A stretch of 63,894 nt of DNA, the filler included, from Octopus bimaculoides (taxonomy: Eukaryota), in the NCBI RefSeq assembly GCF_001194135.2. It is 5 parts of 4 records of this genome, joined end to end, with 100 filler letters (N's around TTAATTAATTAA, not from the genome) between each part and the next. Parts side by side here need not be neighbours in the genome. Positions count along the whole stretch, not along the records: positions 1 to 11,760 come from NC_069002.1; positions 11,861 to 27,451 come from NC_068981.1; 3 more parts are not named here. The stretch is one strand, 5' to 3'. Positions 1 through 12,856 of the stretch are shown here, in pieces (the stretch's first letter is position 1; each line of letters starts with the position of its first letter). A model generated the notes under the pieces. The model saw only the letters and a list, made by a program, of their open reading frames with translations. It made no database searches and was not told the origin of the DNA. The position numbers and the translations under genes were made by a program.

Positions 1-1354
1 ATGTGCGTCACAAATAGTCCCGTATGAAAAAAGTCCCGTGTGAAGGGATTACGGTTTAGCCACCTAACTTAGAGGTATCAAATATAAAATATACAAGAAT
101 AAGGGCAGGGAATCGTCAATTAATAATAGAATTAATAATTAACAATTTTGCCAAGTAGTTCAGTATGAAAAAACCTTTATCGGTAAAACCATTTATCATC
201 ATAAATATACAGGGATTAGCATTGAGTTGCTTCTCCAACATACTGAAAATTTAGAAATAGCAGTCAAAGAACTACTGATTCTAAACTACAAATTTTTCTC
301 TAAATGGATGGCGATATTTATGGCACACATAGAACAAAAAACCGGAGGGGAAAGCATAAACAATGTATATGTGTGTATGTGTGTGTATTTGCGTGTGTGT
401 GTGTGTGTGTGTAAGAAAACTAACAATTATTCTGGTATTACGATTTAAATATGGAAGAAGTCGATTTTCTGCGATAGAGAAAGAGTTAAGAACTTCATTG
501 GGAAATATGGATATATACTATCACATTTAGGGCTTGATTGTAATCTGTATTCCATAGACTCCTTAATCTTGTTAATGGAATGAGAACTCATAAATGCAGT
601 GAATAAGGAAATAGATTTTTCTCAAATAACAAACGAGTTTGAAGATTATATATCGAGAGATTTAAAATTACTTTTCAGATGCGAGTTCGAATACGAGAAT
701 GTTCCATAGAACTGTGGTGGGGTTTTGCTCTTTCCCCTTCAAAAATAGTTTATTCGTTAAGCGTTTAGCGGTAGTATCAGCCGAGATTACCTAACCAATT
801 TTTTTTCAAGATATTCTTTCCAAGTGATGCAACAAAACTGAAATGGCTGTTGTAGGTACTGAACTTGGACAAAGAATTAATAACCATTTTAAGATAGTTA
901 AAAAAAATTCTTTCTGAATAATTGAAACTAAAACCATAAGACTGTGCATTTACAATGAACTGTTTGATTTTGAAAAGAAATTTATTTCACCTCCTCTACA
1001 CGGATACCCATTCATTCGTTGTACCATAATTTTGATAATTATGTGTAAAGTTTTAACATTAAATTATATTTACCTTTTATTTATTTTCACTTCAAAACAT
1101 TAAAAAAAATTCGATACTAAAAAAACCCAGAAAAAAGGCAATAAAAGATCAAAATAACAACGTATAAAAACTAGTAAAAGACAAAAAAATCTCGAAGACT
1201 TCGACATTATTGTTGGATAATTGAGGAAAATTCCATCCCGATTATAGCTCAATGATCACTGCATTGGAATCAAAATTATTTGTCCAATTCTTATTATGTT
1301 GCTTTACAGCTTGGAATGGTGCTAATGGATATAAAGTAAAGCTGGTTGTCACCT

Positions 1355-1355
<1 letters not shown>

Positions 1356-1389
<34 letters not shown>

Positions 1390-1418
1390 GTTGTTATTGT
1401 CGATGTTGTTGTTGATGT

Positions 1419-1459
<41 letters not shown>

Positions 1460-1468
1460 TTATTATTA
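1356..1468. repeat. Compound trinucleotide microsatellite (ATT)n/(GTT)n/(ACT)n
   Basis: Directly visible tandem triplets; explains the poly-I/L/T ORFs at 1252-1573. Confidence 0.95.
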
Positions 1469-1984
1469 AACCGATGTCTTTTTTCCTTCTTTCCGAATGT
1501 AAATTTCCAGAAATTCCATTTAGTACATAAATCCCACCTCCACCCTCACAAAAGCCACAAAATTCACACTTAAAGTTTTATTAGTTATCTTTTTAGCTGT
1601 TATTTAACACAATTTTGATTTCCCAGTTGTTATCTTCACCATCTTCAATATATATATATATATATACATATATATACATATATATATATATATATANNNN
1701 NNNNNNNNNNNNNNNNNNNNNNNNNNNNNNNNNNNNNNNNNNNNNNNNNNNNNNNNNNNNNNNNNNNNNNNNNNNNNNNNNNNNNNNNNNNNNNNNCATC
1801 ATCTGGACATCGTTTTATATTTTTTGATATTCTTTTTATAACTTCTGTAAAATATCTTTATTTCCTATACAGATTTTCTCTTGAAATAAATTTTATGGTA
1901 AGCAATGTCATCTCTTTTAAGATTTGATAAAACTGATACGTTGCCACCGCAAATGTTCTTCTTATGTTATTCTTAAAATCGTAA

Positions 1985-2190
1985 AAGTGTCGGAGAAAAT
2001 GCTTAGCCGTATTTTCTCCGGCTCTTTATGTTCTGAGTTCAAATTCCGCCCAGGTCGACTTTGCCTTTTATCCTTTCGAGATCGATAAATTTAGTACCAG
2101 TGAAACACTGAAGTCATGAAATCGACTCGTTCCCTCCCCGAAATGTCAGGCCTTTTACCTATAATAGAAATTATTATCATCATTATTATT
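1985..2190 (+). mobile_element. tRNA-derived SINE, family A
   Basis: Shares the core 'ttctgagttcaaattccgcc..ggtcgactttgcctt..atcctttcg..gtcgataaa..agtaccag' with more than 10 other copies in the window; ends in an (ATT)n tail. Confidence 0.85.
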
Positions 2191-2199
2191 TCCTCTTTA

Positions 2200-2959
2200 T
2201 CATAAGTTTTATTGGAGCTTCTAGAATCTTGCATGCGTAGCGGATTTTCTACCTGCAGCCTACGGCACCATGCTACTCGTTATAATCATCTAATACTTTC
2301 CTGGTTATTCCGGTCGCGCTTCATGTCTGTTTTGTACTTCTTCCTTTGTGTTCCTTTTTGTCTCTGCTTTCAATACTCCCTCGTTCCTAACTGTCACTAG
2401 CAAGGTTTCCTTACTTTGGGCTAAGTATCTCATTAAGCTCTTGAGTTCAATACGCACACAGTCTTCGGCACTTATCAGGGCCCTTCTTTCATTGTTCTCT
2501 TCATGTATAGGTGATCAGTGTCTGCACGTGGGTGATGGACTTCTTTAATTTTTTTGAGCTTTCTTGACTTCTTGTTTATCTCCTTTAGCTCCTCCTCTGC
2601 CCGCTTCAGGATTCCAGTACCATGTGGAACTACTACACGCGAGTTTTTTGCTGAAATTATATTTCTGGCGTTCAGCGTTGAAGCCAATATTTTTCTCACT
2701 CGCCGCAGATATTATCTTTTTGATTTTCCTTCATACTGTGGTGCTTGATTCCATCTGCCTCAAGTAATCCCGGGTATTTATAGCTGGATTGGGATTGAAT
2801 TGCCTTCATTATTTCACCACTTGGCAACCATATGCTTTCTGTCCTGGCAAGCTTTCCCCGTCTCATCACCATCGTAGCACATTTTGAGAGTCGAAACTCC
2901 ATCTTAATATCACGGGAGAAAATCCGCACAGACTGGACTAGGCTGTCCAGCTCTGCCTC

Positions 2960-2960
<1 letters not shown>
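2200..2960 (-). mobile_element. R4/Dong-type (RLE) non-LTR retrotransposon, decayed RT thumb region
   Basis: Minus-strand peptides MEFRLSKCATMVMRRGKL..YKYPGLLEADGIKH and RKILASTLNARNIISAKNS..GILKRAEEELKEINKKSRKL match the R4-clade RT C-terminal pattern; frameshifted; abuts (TTA)n. Confidence 0.85.
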
Positions 2961-3010
<50 letters not shown>

Positions 3011-3044
3011 GTTATTATTATCATTATTATTATTATTATTATAG

Positions 3045-3325
3045 ACGACGCACAGTATACAATATCGTGAGGTTGTTGATATTGTGTCTACCGGGTGTTT
3101 GTACTGTTTGTCAAGTCAGTTCCAAGTAATACCAACTTTTGCAATACATCTAGATTGTAGGATAGTTCTAAAGTTTTCAGATGTTTTTTCGGCTTGGGTG
3201 GTATTGAACCCAATGCTCCGATGACAATAGGGATAACCTTTATGTTTGACTCTCGTAGCTGCCACATCTTAGCGATCTCAATTCTCAGGTCTCCATATTT
3301 ATCAACCTTTTCTCTTTCCTTCATC
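3045..3325 (-). mobile_element. R4/Dong-type LINE, 3' restriction-like endonuclease fragment
   Basis: EKEREKVDKYGDLRIEIAKMW..VIPIVIGALGSIP..LQKLVLLGT is the KY-x-DL / PIVIGALG RLE motif; flanked on both sides by (TTA)n (2963-3042, 3323-3398). Confidence 0.9.
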
Positions 3326-3342
3326 ATTATTATTATCATTAC

Positions 3343-3399
<57 letters not shown>

Positions 3400-4508
3400 A
3401 GATAACTCATTTCTGTAGCGCGTTTTTTAAATTTATTATGTCTACTTTGTGGAAGAAAATAAACTCCCAGCATTATCATGAACGGATTGATACGAGTGAC
3501 TTTACTTGACGTTCGTCTCTATTTGGATACAAACGGCTAAAATGACAAACTTGGTAATGTCGTCTTCGACCAAAACTCAGTGTTGTGTAACGAAATGTAA
3601 ATACCTTCAATTGAACATCAAGGTGAATTTAAGCGATGGCACATTATCTCAGCTTTTTTTCCTCTGTTTTCTTTGATGAAAAATTCCTCTGTGAGAAACA
3701 CAAATGCTAATGGCCCAAACAGCAGCAAAAATATAAAAGAAAAACCATTTTAGAAGCCATTATTGGTTGGCGTTGCTCAATTATTTTTATTTCTTTTGAT
3801 ACGCCATGTTTAAACACTGTTTTGTTATTAAAGAAAAAGTGTTAGTTCTCAGAAGTAACATTCCCTGATGATTTTCTACCAAATCCTTGATTAGTCGTAT
3901 TCATTTTTTTATTTATACTTTTCTTTAAATTATTTTTTATTTGTTTTAGTCATTATTTCTTGTTTGGAAGTCAGATACTTGTCAGACATGGACTTATTTT
4001 TCTGTTTCAAAGTCAGATATTTGTTCTATCGATCACTTGTGCTGAACCGCAACGTTATGGAGATGTTACTAAACCAATACCGGCTGTTGAGTAGTGGTTG
4101 TCGACAAACACTAAAACAAAGCCCCACGCTGATGTATATTCATATACGTACAGGAATACATACGTGCAGCCACTCACACACACGTGTATATATGTATATA
4201 TACACACACACACGTATATATATATATATNNNNNNNNNNNNNNNNNNNNNNNNNNNNNNNNNNNNNNNNNNNNNNNNNNNNNNNNNNNNNNNNNNNNNNN
4301 NNNNNNNNNNNNNNNNNNNNNNNNNNNNNNNNNNNNNNNNNNNNNNNNNNNNNNNNNNNNNNNNNNNNNNNNNNNNNNNNNNNNNNNNNNNNNNNNNNNN
4401 NNNNNNNNNNNNNNNNNNNNNNNNNNNNNNNNNNNNNNNNNNNNNNNNNNNNNNNNNNNNNNNNNNNNNNNNNNNNNNNNNNNNNNNNNNNNNNNNNNNN
4501 NNNNNNNN

Positions 4509-4644
4509 ATGAAGGGGAACGTGAAACTCTGAGTACCAGTTTTTTGTTATATTTCTACTGCTTTTAAATAAAGCATATTACTCTACATCTGGTATTTGAA
4601 TACTCTTCTTTCCACTTTGTTGCACATTTATGTGCTTACTCCGG

Positions 4645-4655
<11 letters not shown>
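4509..4655 (+). mobile_element. Penelope-like element 3' tail with a hammerhead-like motif at a gap edge
   Basis: After the N gap: ATGA-aggggaacgt-GAAAC-tctga-GTA-ccag, the 3' two-thirds of a minimal hammerhead core, followed by a T-rich tail. Confidence 0.45.
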
Positions 4656-4685
<30 letters not shown>

Positions 4686-5324
4686 GAGAAATAGGGAAAA
4701 GATACTTGCCCAAGATGCCGCGAAACCACGTGGTTTCAAACCGAGTTTCTTTGCCACACAGCCATGCCTGCCTCTATATGAAGATTATGCAGAGTAATGA
4801 CTTTGTTCCTCTATTCTTATTTAGTCTCAGCGAAATCTGTACCTTTGGATACGGTCGCTCCACACTCCAGAGCATTTACGCGTTGAAATTTCTTCTAGAC
4901 ATTTGTTTTGTTGTTACAATTTGTGAGGGAAATTTTTTTTTCTCTCTTTATAAAAATAGCAAAAACCACAATGCGAATGAAAAACGTGAAATGCTTTAAG
5001 TAACCAACAGTTATGATGCTGAAATGCCACCAGTGTATGTAAATTAAACCTTTCTTAGCTGGCTTTCAATATTACGTTCATTGAAGGCGGCGATTAATTC
5101 TTATGACTCAATAGTGTATATAGATCTATATTTTTATGTATACGACGGACTCTTGTAGAGGAAACATACCGAAATTATTTTGTAATTTTATTCTATTGAT
5201 CATTATTATTTTCTCTTTAACACAGGTTTTGTTGGAGCACTTGAAGTCTTGTATGTGTAGCGGGCTTAATATCACTATTCGCTCTTTTCAGCTATGTAAT
5301 ACTTTCCTGATAATTCTAGGGGGC

Positions 5325-5470
5325 AAACCTTTTGTAACTGTTCCACTGGGCACTCTATTCCAATTTCCTTTATATTCCTCTTGATGCCTTCCGATACTGT
5401 TCCCAAGGACCCAACAAAAATTGATACTATCTTCACATTCATTTTCCATAGTCGGGCTATTTCGTACTTA
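5325..5470 (-). mobile_element. R4/Dong-type LINE, extreme 3' RLE fragment
   Basis: Reverse translation PIFVGSLGTVSEGIKRNIKEIGIECPVEQLQK matches the RLE C-terminus seen at 3088 and 14019. Confidence 0.7.
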
Positions 5471-5479
5471 AGATGGTTG

Positions 5480-5544
<65 letters not shown>

Positions 5545-5575
5545 GTCTGTCTGTCTATCTATCTATCAGTCTGTC
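5480..5575. repeat. (TCTA)n/(TCTG)n tetranucleotide microsatellite
   Basis: Directly visible. Confidence 0.95.
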
Positions 5576-5638
5576 TTTCTTCTTGACTATTCGCGGGTCA
5601 AAGGGGCATGCAACATTAACTATATATCATATGTGGTG

Positions 5639-5696
<58 letters not shown>

Positions 5697-5734
5697 ATAT
5701 TTTAAAAGGATTAATGTAACTCCTCACAAAGGTA

Positions 5735-6128
5735 AATAGACAATACGAAGAGCGCGATGCGATTGCAATAGATAGTTTATTGGTTTGAACGCTATATCGA
5801 CGGCTTGCCTGTCTTCGTCGAGTTCAAAATGAAAAATGATACACAGAAATTCAAAATTATAGAAATTCAAATAGTTGAACGAGGGCCACCTACGTTCCCA
5901 CGTTAACAGAACGACATCATCAGCCTTCAATTTTTGTTTTTGTTTTTGTCAGTTGTAAACTTGAAAATTGAAGACTGATGATGCCATTCTATCAATGGGG
6001 GAGCACTGGTTGCCCTCGTTCAACATTTTGAATTTGAATTTCTAGAAGTTTGAATTCTCATGTATCACTTTTCATTTTTCAAACCAATAAAATATCTATT
6101 GCAATCACATCGCACTCTTCGTATTGTC

Positions 6129-6132
<4 letters not shown>
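5735..6132. mobile_element. Foldback/MITE-like element, nearly fully palindromic
   Basis: 5735-5935 is the imperfect reverse complement of 5963-6132 (termini aatagacaatacgaagag / ctcttcgtattgtctatt; inner catcatcagccttcaatttt / aaaattgaagactgatgatg). Confidence 0.8.
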
Positions 6133-6206
<74 letters not shown>

Positions 6207-6735
6207 CTAAAACATCAATGCAGGCTGTATTCCTCTGTCTAGTGGCTTTGGCAAAAGAAGTTGTGCGGTGGATAAGGATTGAGGAAAACCACCTGTCTCT
6301 TCGGTTAGGCTCTCGTCGACTTTTTAAAGTTCCACTTGGAAAGGAAAGTGAGGTTGGAAAAGAAGTGCAGCCTCGCAGTGAATTTGTGAAAAGATGAATG
6401 ATTGTGGCAAAAATGGTTAGAGTGAATAGCTCTACTCTATGTACACACCTGTAGATTCGAGAGCATGAGAGAAGGCTGGTGCCTTTGGTGGTCAAGGTAA
6501 TACTGGATCTGTAGGGTTCCTTAATTGCCCCTAGTTGGAGTTCTCGTGTATCAGGAGGATTGCATAATTCATGCTGTCACATAATTTATATGCTACGTAG
6601 ACTTTTATGACATTTCACTGCTTTTTTTCCATTTCTTTCTCCCCGTCCTTTACGTAATTTTCCACACAAACTGCTTTCTGACGTAGTGACGTCCCCTTAA
6701 ATCTTTAGCCCTGTGGTTGATAAAATAATTTGTTA
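6207..6735 (+). mobile_element. L1/Tx1-like LINE, 3' end of ORF2 plus 3' UTR
   Basis: QAVFLCLVALAKEVVRWIRIE.., then frameshifted FHLERKVRLEKKC..FVKRWMIVAKMVRVN, resembling Tx1-type ORF2 C-termini; sits between microsatellites. Confidence 0.55.
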
Positions 6736-6753
6736 TCATCATCATCATCATCA

Positions 6754-6798
<45 letters not shown>

Positions 6799-7019
6799 TT
6801 ACTGCTGAACACGACCCACGTATTTTCTAACGCCCAGAGTAAGTCTGGTTTAAAAGCTTAGTTTACACCCATTTGTTGCCGTTTTTTTTCCGTATACGCA
6901 TTATTCTACTTTGGTAATAGAAACACTAGAGACCTGGCATTGGGTTCCTGTGTCTGTTTAGTCCCTAGAGGGCTTATATTGGACCCCCAAATAAATTCGG
7001 TGGGCGTTTTAATCCAATA

Positions 7020-7700
7020 TAAATAAAGATGGCGGAACGCATCTGGGAAAAAAATTAAGGAAAAAAGCCACCTCCCCATAAAACAAGTTTTGGAATGCTG
7101 AAGATTCCCCTCCCTTTCCCTCTGTCACTGACAACATTACGCGAGTCGATAACAGCCGAAGATATACGGGAAGCGATGAAGGCCTGCGCAAGAGAGAAGT
7201 GTCTGGGGTGGAATGGTCTGCTCTTCGAGCTTTATTTTCATATACCAGACTTATTCGGTGGTCTCCTGGCAGCAGTCTACGACAAGTGGCAGCAGAACGG
7301 GAGAATCCCCAGTGCTGTGAGCCGTGGAGTGGTGGTGCTGTTGAGGAAGAACCCAAATAAGGAGAACAAAACTGAAAATTTTAGGGCTATAACTTTGCTG
7401 AACGCAGATAATAAGATTTTGGCCAAGGTGTTAGCCAAGAGGTTGGCACATATCATCAATATCTTGGTTGGTGACGCACAGACATGCGCTATCCCATCGA
7501 GAACTATTCACGACAACCTCCACCTCACGCAGTACATCAAAGACAGGGCTGGTAAGGAACCTGGCATCGGTGGGGTCCTGATCAATCTGGATCAGACGAA
7601 AGCTTTTGATAGGGTCAACAACCACTACATGAAAGTTGTTCTCGCAGTAACAGGTTTCGGTCCTGGTTTCAAAAGCTGGATCGCTGCAATGCTGAATGAA
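7020..7700 (+). mobile_element. L1/Tx1-clade reverse transcriptase fragment (domains 0-3)
   Basis: ORF 7095-7730: KCLGWNGLLFELY (SPGxDG-like), NFRAITLLNADNKILAKVLAKRL, QTCAIPSRTIHDNL, LINLDQTKAFDRV; truncated before YADD. Confidence 0.9.
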
Positions 7701-7749
7701 GCACCTATGTTTCGAGAGGTGAATTATTAAAACCCCCAAAGAATTCCTC

Positions 7750-8000
7750 TCAACACATGGGTACGATCCTCTCCAACTACTTCTGCTCGTGATCAGAGAT
7801 GCACATATCGTCAGCCACTAAGGGAATTCTCATCTGGTTAAGGTCAAACAACTGACAAGCAAATCTGTGATATTGAGCAGAATATTTGTTGTAGCCCTTA
7901 TTTTATGCCAAGACAAAACAATGCACATGATAACACTTCTAATCAGTTAAGATAAGAAGCCATGGGAGCCACTGACTGGTACTGCACCAGGGCATTTATT
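7750..8000 (+). mobile_element. Retroposon 3' tail fragment (family not assigned)
   Basis: Ends '..gccactgactggtactgcaccagggcattt' plus an (ATT)n tail; looks like an interspersed repeat end. Confidence 0.4.
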
Positions 8001-8205
8001 ATTAGTATTATTATTATTATAGGTGGTCGACTGGTGGAACCGAATGGACCAACGCTGAGTATGCTTTTCTAAGCAGGAGGAAAGAAACTGGAAGATGGCA
8101 CTTTCGCTATGCCCTGGCGATGGCAGAGTAATCCGGGCTTTTTGCATGGGCTTTACCTTGGATTACTCTGAGTGGACTATCGTTGTCATTTTTATTATTA
8201 TTGCT

Positions 8206-8310
8206 AAGGCGGTGAGATGGTAGAATGGCTACTGCGCCGGACAAAATTATTAGCGACATTTCGCCCTTTTTTACGTTCTGCTCCACATAGAAATTGACCC
8301 CGCAGACATG
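8206..8310 (+). mobile_element. SINE family A, 5' head fragment
   Basis: 'aaggcggtgagatggtagaat...cgccggacaaaatt..tagcgacatttcg' matches the head of copies at 38093 and 48490 (reverse strand). Confidence 0.7.
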
Positions 8311-8597
8311 TGAATGGGAAATATTAATGGCGGTACTGATGGTGTGGTTGATGGTATTGGTGGCCTCACTGACCAAGTGGTAATGGTCTTAGAAATAAAG
8401 ATGGTCGTGTGAAGGACGGGATCTTGCAGTGGTGCTGGGCGGTTGTTGATATTAAAAGGTGGTGATGGACATGGCTGGATTAGAACTGTTGTCTTGTTGA
8501 GTACAGTAAGAGTAGCGGCTGTCATAGTTGTTGACGGCGTTGTTGTTGTTGACTATTCATAGTGACTATAGTGGAATATATAATGGTTTTAGATTGA

Positions 8598-8630
8598 TAG
8601 TGATGACGATGATGATGATGATGATGACGA

Positions 8631-8669
<39 letters not shown>

Positions 8670-8786
8670 CGACGTCAACAGCGACATGAAATGCTTATGA
8701 CTACGAAAGAAATAGTGAGCGTATTGACGACGAAGTTTATAATTGTGTACCACTGCTTTTGCTGCAGCAGCTGCTGTTGATTCAAT

Positions 8787-8866
<80 letters not shown>

Positions 8867-8880
8867 TAGTGGTGGTGGTA
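8598..8880. repeat. Compound (GAT)n(GAC)n and (ACT)n(GCT)n microsatellites
   Basis: Directly visible. Confidence 0.9.
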
Positions 8881-9094
8881 CGAGAACTATAGATTGGTGG
8901 ACTCGTTACAGCGCTGTATAAAGCTTTCAGGTATAGGTTCTCACTCTTTATATTGTGATTTCAAACTCCGCCAAAGCCGATTTTTCCTTTCATCCTTTCG
9001 GGGTCGGTAAAGTAATTACCGGTTGAATATTTGGGTCGCTTAAAATTACTGGTCTTGCACCAAAATTTGAAGCTATTATTATTATTAGTATTCT

Positions 9095-9470
9095 TTTTTA
9101 ACGACGCATCACCCAGTCAGGCTGATTGACCAGACCAGCGTCACTACCTCTCTCCATCCCACCCGATCTTCCCTTAGCGTTTTTAGGTCTTGAACGTGGC
9201 ATCCAACATCTTCTACAAGCTGTTGTATATACGTCTTCCGTGGTCTTCCAGCCGCTGTGGTACCATGATTTGCTATCCACAGCAACATATTACTCACAAG
9301 TTCTTCGTTACTCCTCCAGCGTTGGCCAGCAACTCTCAATCTCCACTCTTGGATGGTTGATCAAAATGTTGGCACATTCTCATATAACCGTTGTTTTGTT
9401 GGCACTGCACGTAACATTCTGGTGTAGGCACCCTCCAATTTGCACCTGAGTCTCTTGGTGAGAGTCCAAG
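9095..9470 (-). mobile_element. RTE-like LINE 3' end
   Basis: RVAGQRWRSNEELVSNMLLWIANHGTTAAGRPRKTYIQQLVEDVG..DRVGWRE is a typical RTE-group C-terminus (RxAGH..GRPRKT). Confidence 0.75.
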
Positions 9471-9769
9471 TCGGAGATCCATATACAAGCTTGTATTAGT
9501 TGTAATAGTATTATTATTTTATTTTTCTAAGCTAGTGCATGGTAATTTAATTAGGGTAATTAATTGAGAAGAATGTACCTCGAGATTTAATGACAGGTCT
9601 CCTCAAATCTCAAGAATCTTTCTTAGGATTCTTGTAGAATGTAGGATGGCACTGTTCTGCCAAGTCGACAATACATGTCTCAGATCCAAACTCTTTCAAT
9701 CTTTTAGGCAGCATTTTGGGTGAACCTGGAATCATGTGGTTGGGAAGCAAGCTTCTTGCCACGCAGCCA

Positions 9770-10560
9770 GTATAGTCAGTCTTTATGAGGGAGTCCCACA
9801 AAATCATATAATTCTCATTTTCTACCACTGCCTCCCGTTCTTGTTCATATCAATTTCCTGTCATCTTAAAACCACACACTTGGCTAACACTGTCTATGAA
9901 CTCTTTTGCCTACGAAGTCACACCTGCACTTATACCCCTTTTGTGCTAGTATACTGCACTCATTCAAGAAGTGGTTCATTCTTTCGTCTTCTTTCCTACA
10001 GCTTCTATATTTGCTGTCTGGCTGAGTTTTACCGAGCTTTGCCATTATAAGGTTGGTTCTAACCTCTTGTTCCCGAGCAGCTACAATTTGTATTTCAGTC
10101 TCTTGCTTCAAGTTCCCGTCCATCAACCAGAGCCAGCGTTCTTTACTTCCAATTGTCTCCGTTTGTTGCTTGAATTAGCCATGTAATCTCATCTCTTTTC
10201 ATTTGCTTGTTCTGTTGTTTTCCCGTCTCTCATTGAATTCTCCTACTGTTTCAATAACTTTTTGGACATCTCCAGACGTTAGTTTACTTTATTTACTCTG
10301 CACAACATAATTTTTCAGCCCCAATGTCGCGGTGCTGTGCGTTGTGCTTTCTGAGTAGCTTACCTGTTTTATCCATTCAAGTTTTGCAACTAGATTTTTG
10401 TCTATTTCCGACATGAAGCAGAACATTTTAATACTGGGTTAGCCTTAGCGTATGTATTTATAGCTTTAATGATATTCCCTCCATTTAATTTTGTTTTGAG
10501 CACCTTCCTAAATCTTGTACTCTTTAGAGATTTTCCCTCACAGCTTTTTCTATTATCTAT
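9770..10560 (-). mobile_element. R4/Dong-type LINE, RT tail, CCHC finger and start of RLE, decayed
   Basis: KTKLNGGNIIKAINTYA; GNLKQETEIQIVAAREQEVRTN..CRKEDERMNHFLNECSILAQKGYK (degenerate CCHC); VENENYMILWDSLIKTD. Confidence 0.85.
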
Positions 10561-10859
10561 TATTATTTTACTGTCATGCAAGTGCTTCATGTAGGATGTG
10601 TGCAGAGCCTAACAGCGTTATTTCCTTTATGTTTTATATATATATATATATATNNNNNNNNNNNNNNNNNNNNNNNNNNNNNNNNNNNNNNNNNNNNNNN
10701 NNNNNNNNNNNNNNNNNNNNNNNNNNNNNNNNNNNNNNNNNNNNNNNNNNNNNNNNNNNNNNNNNNNNNNNNNNNNNNNNNNNNNNNNNNNTGTGTGTGT
10801 GTGTGTGTGTGTGTGTGTGTCTATTCGTAATTCCTGGTTTTGTGGTTATATATACATTC

Positions 10860-11225
10860 TGTACCTCTTTTTAAGCACCACATTCGTGTTATCTCTATTT
10901 ATAGATTTTTGTATTTCGAGAGTTTCTTCGCTTCTTTTAGAGATACATTGTCATTTATTGGGACTAATATGCTGGTTACAAGGCACTTTTTTCCTATCAG
11001 TCCTCAACAATAATATCTGGCGTATTAGCCTTGATCTCTCTATCTGTGTTTATTAGCATATCCCAAGGTATGGCTGCTTAGTCATTTTGTGAGACCTTTT
11101 TGTAGGAAGTTGATTATGCAATTTTTTCTGTTGTCATTCCATAGTGCTGGCACAGATTCGAGTGTATATACATGTCTGTGGATATAATCCTTTTTTAGAC
11201 AGGACGGGACAGTCAGAGATAATAT
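10860..11225 (-). mobile_element. R4/Dong-type LINE, CCHC/RLE fragment
   Basis: NHIISDCPVLSKK..; downstream VPINDNVSLKEAKKLSKYKNL*IEITRMW. Confidence 0.75.
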
Positions 11226-11246
11226 GATTTGTTTTTGTTTTTTTTT

Positions 11247-11360
11247 TCTTCTTCTTCTTCTTCTTCTTCTTCTTCTTCTTCTTCTTCTTCTTCTTCTTCT
11301 TCTTCTTCTTCTTTATCTTCTTCTCCTCCTCCTCCTCCTCCTCCTCATCATCATCATCTC
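11247..11360. repeat. (TTC)n/(CTC)n/(ATC)n microsatellite
   Basis: Directly visible. Confidence 0.95.
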
Positions 11361-12856
11361 CATCATCATTCTCTCTAGCAGTAGCAGAAGTAGTCCGCAA
11401 ATGAATGAGGCAAATGAGTGAGTAGCGGTAGTAGTATCAGCAGTGGGGTTAATGGTAGGAGTGTTGTTCATTGTTGTTGTTGCTGGTGGTGTTGGTGGTG
11501 ATGGTTACAGTCAGACATGATGGCTGGTGTGGTGAAGAAGAAATTATGCAGTTTTGGTGACCATTCGCTAATGGCAGATTTTACCTTTCCCATGTCTCTC
11601 AAAAGATTCGCTTAATATCTTCTTTTTTTCCTTCCTTCTTCACTCTTTCTCTCCCTTCCTCCTTTTCTCTCTCACTCACTTTCTCTCTCCCTCACTATCA
11701 CATCCACCATCTAACTTTATTTTGCTAGATTTACCACAGTCATATATATATATATATATANNNNNNNNNNNNNNNNNNNNNNNNNNNNNNNNNNNNNNNN
11801 NNNNTTAATTAATTAANNNNNNNNNNNNNNNNNNNNNNNNNNNNNNNNNNNNNNNNNNNNTAACTGGACACACATCTCTTTTTCTCATAAGGATAAATAT
11901 GAATCTCCTAGATTCCATTCTGCTATTTCTTTTATCAAATCCTTTGTAAAAATTTTGTTTATACTTTTGCACTGAAGAGTACTGTGATATTTAATTAATT
12001 TAATTAATTCTATTCAACCATGAATTTGCATGATTTTTATATCTCCGGACGAAATGAACATCTGCATGAATTAAAATTCTCTTATATATTTTAACATCTT
12101 CTCTTCTCCATTTTTAACAAAATTGTTGAGTTTTATGGGATTTCTTTCCCTAAATTCACAACACATCATATATATATATATGTCCAACCCATGCTAGCAT
12201 GGAAAGCGGACGTTAAACGATGATATACACACATAAAATAAAGTTATTCTATTCCACACAAGTAGGAATATAGGAAAAATAGAAGTTGAAAATGCACTGA
12301 GAATATTAAAAATTTTTTTATCATATTCAAAGATTCAACTAGTTTCACAGTTTACACTGATTTTCAAAAGTTGAGATAGAAAGACTTGGTTTATGCTGCA
12401 ACTGTCTTGCTTCTCACTAGTGTTTGAAGCTTGTCCTGTTTTCATAGGGAGTTCATGGCTCAGATTAGTATATGTTTTGGCTAGGACTTGATTGGTAGAG
12501 GATAGTCACATGACTGGTCTTAGAAATTTCTGTAGGCTCCCTGCTTTGTCCGTATGTTAATGTCAAGTGAAAGTACCAAATAATCAATGCTCTGAATGTT
12601 TTCTGTCAAGTGTTGTAGAGGATGATCATGGGATTCAAGTTTAGAACCTTTTGTACATTTCCTGCTACGTCCATGTGTTAGTGTCACGTGACAGTATATT
12701 TTGCACCGAAAATTAAGGCCAACACAATTGAGTGAACAAGTTTATGGTCAAGGCACTCTAGATTTAATCTGCCAGGTGGAAGAGTGGACAGGAGTCATTT
12801 GTATGTAGTCCAGTGGCTAAAGTTTAGGTTGTTAACTGTGTAGATTCACTTGTTAA

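Noticed and set aside
430-800. Faint MULE-like peptide (EFEDYYIERF..IELW)
   Set aside because: Too short and stop-ridden to support without an HMM search.
11805-11816. TTAATTAATTAA islands inside N runs (also 27496-27507, 53246-53257, 59485-59496)
   Set aside because: Each is exactly 44 N + 12 nt + 44 N = 100 bp, with stops in all six frames. This is a scaffolding spacer, not biology; contiguity across these four points is unverified.
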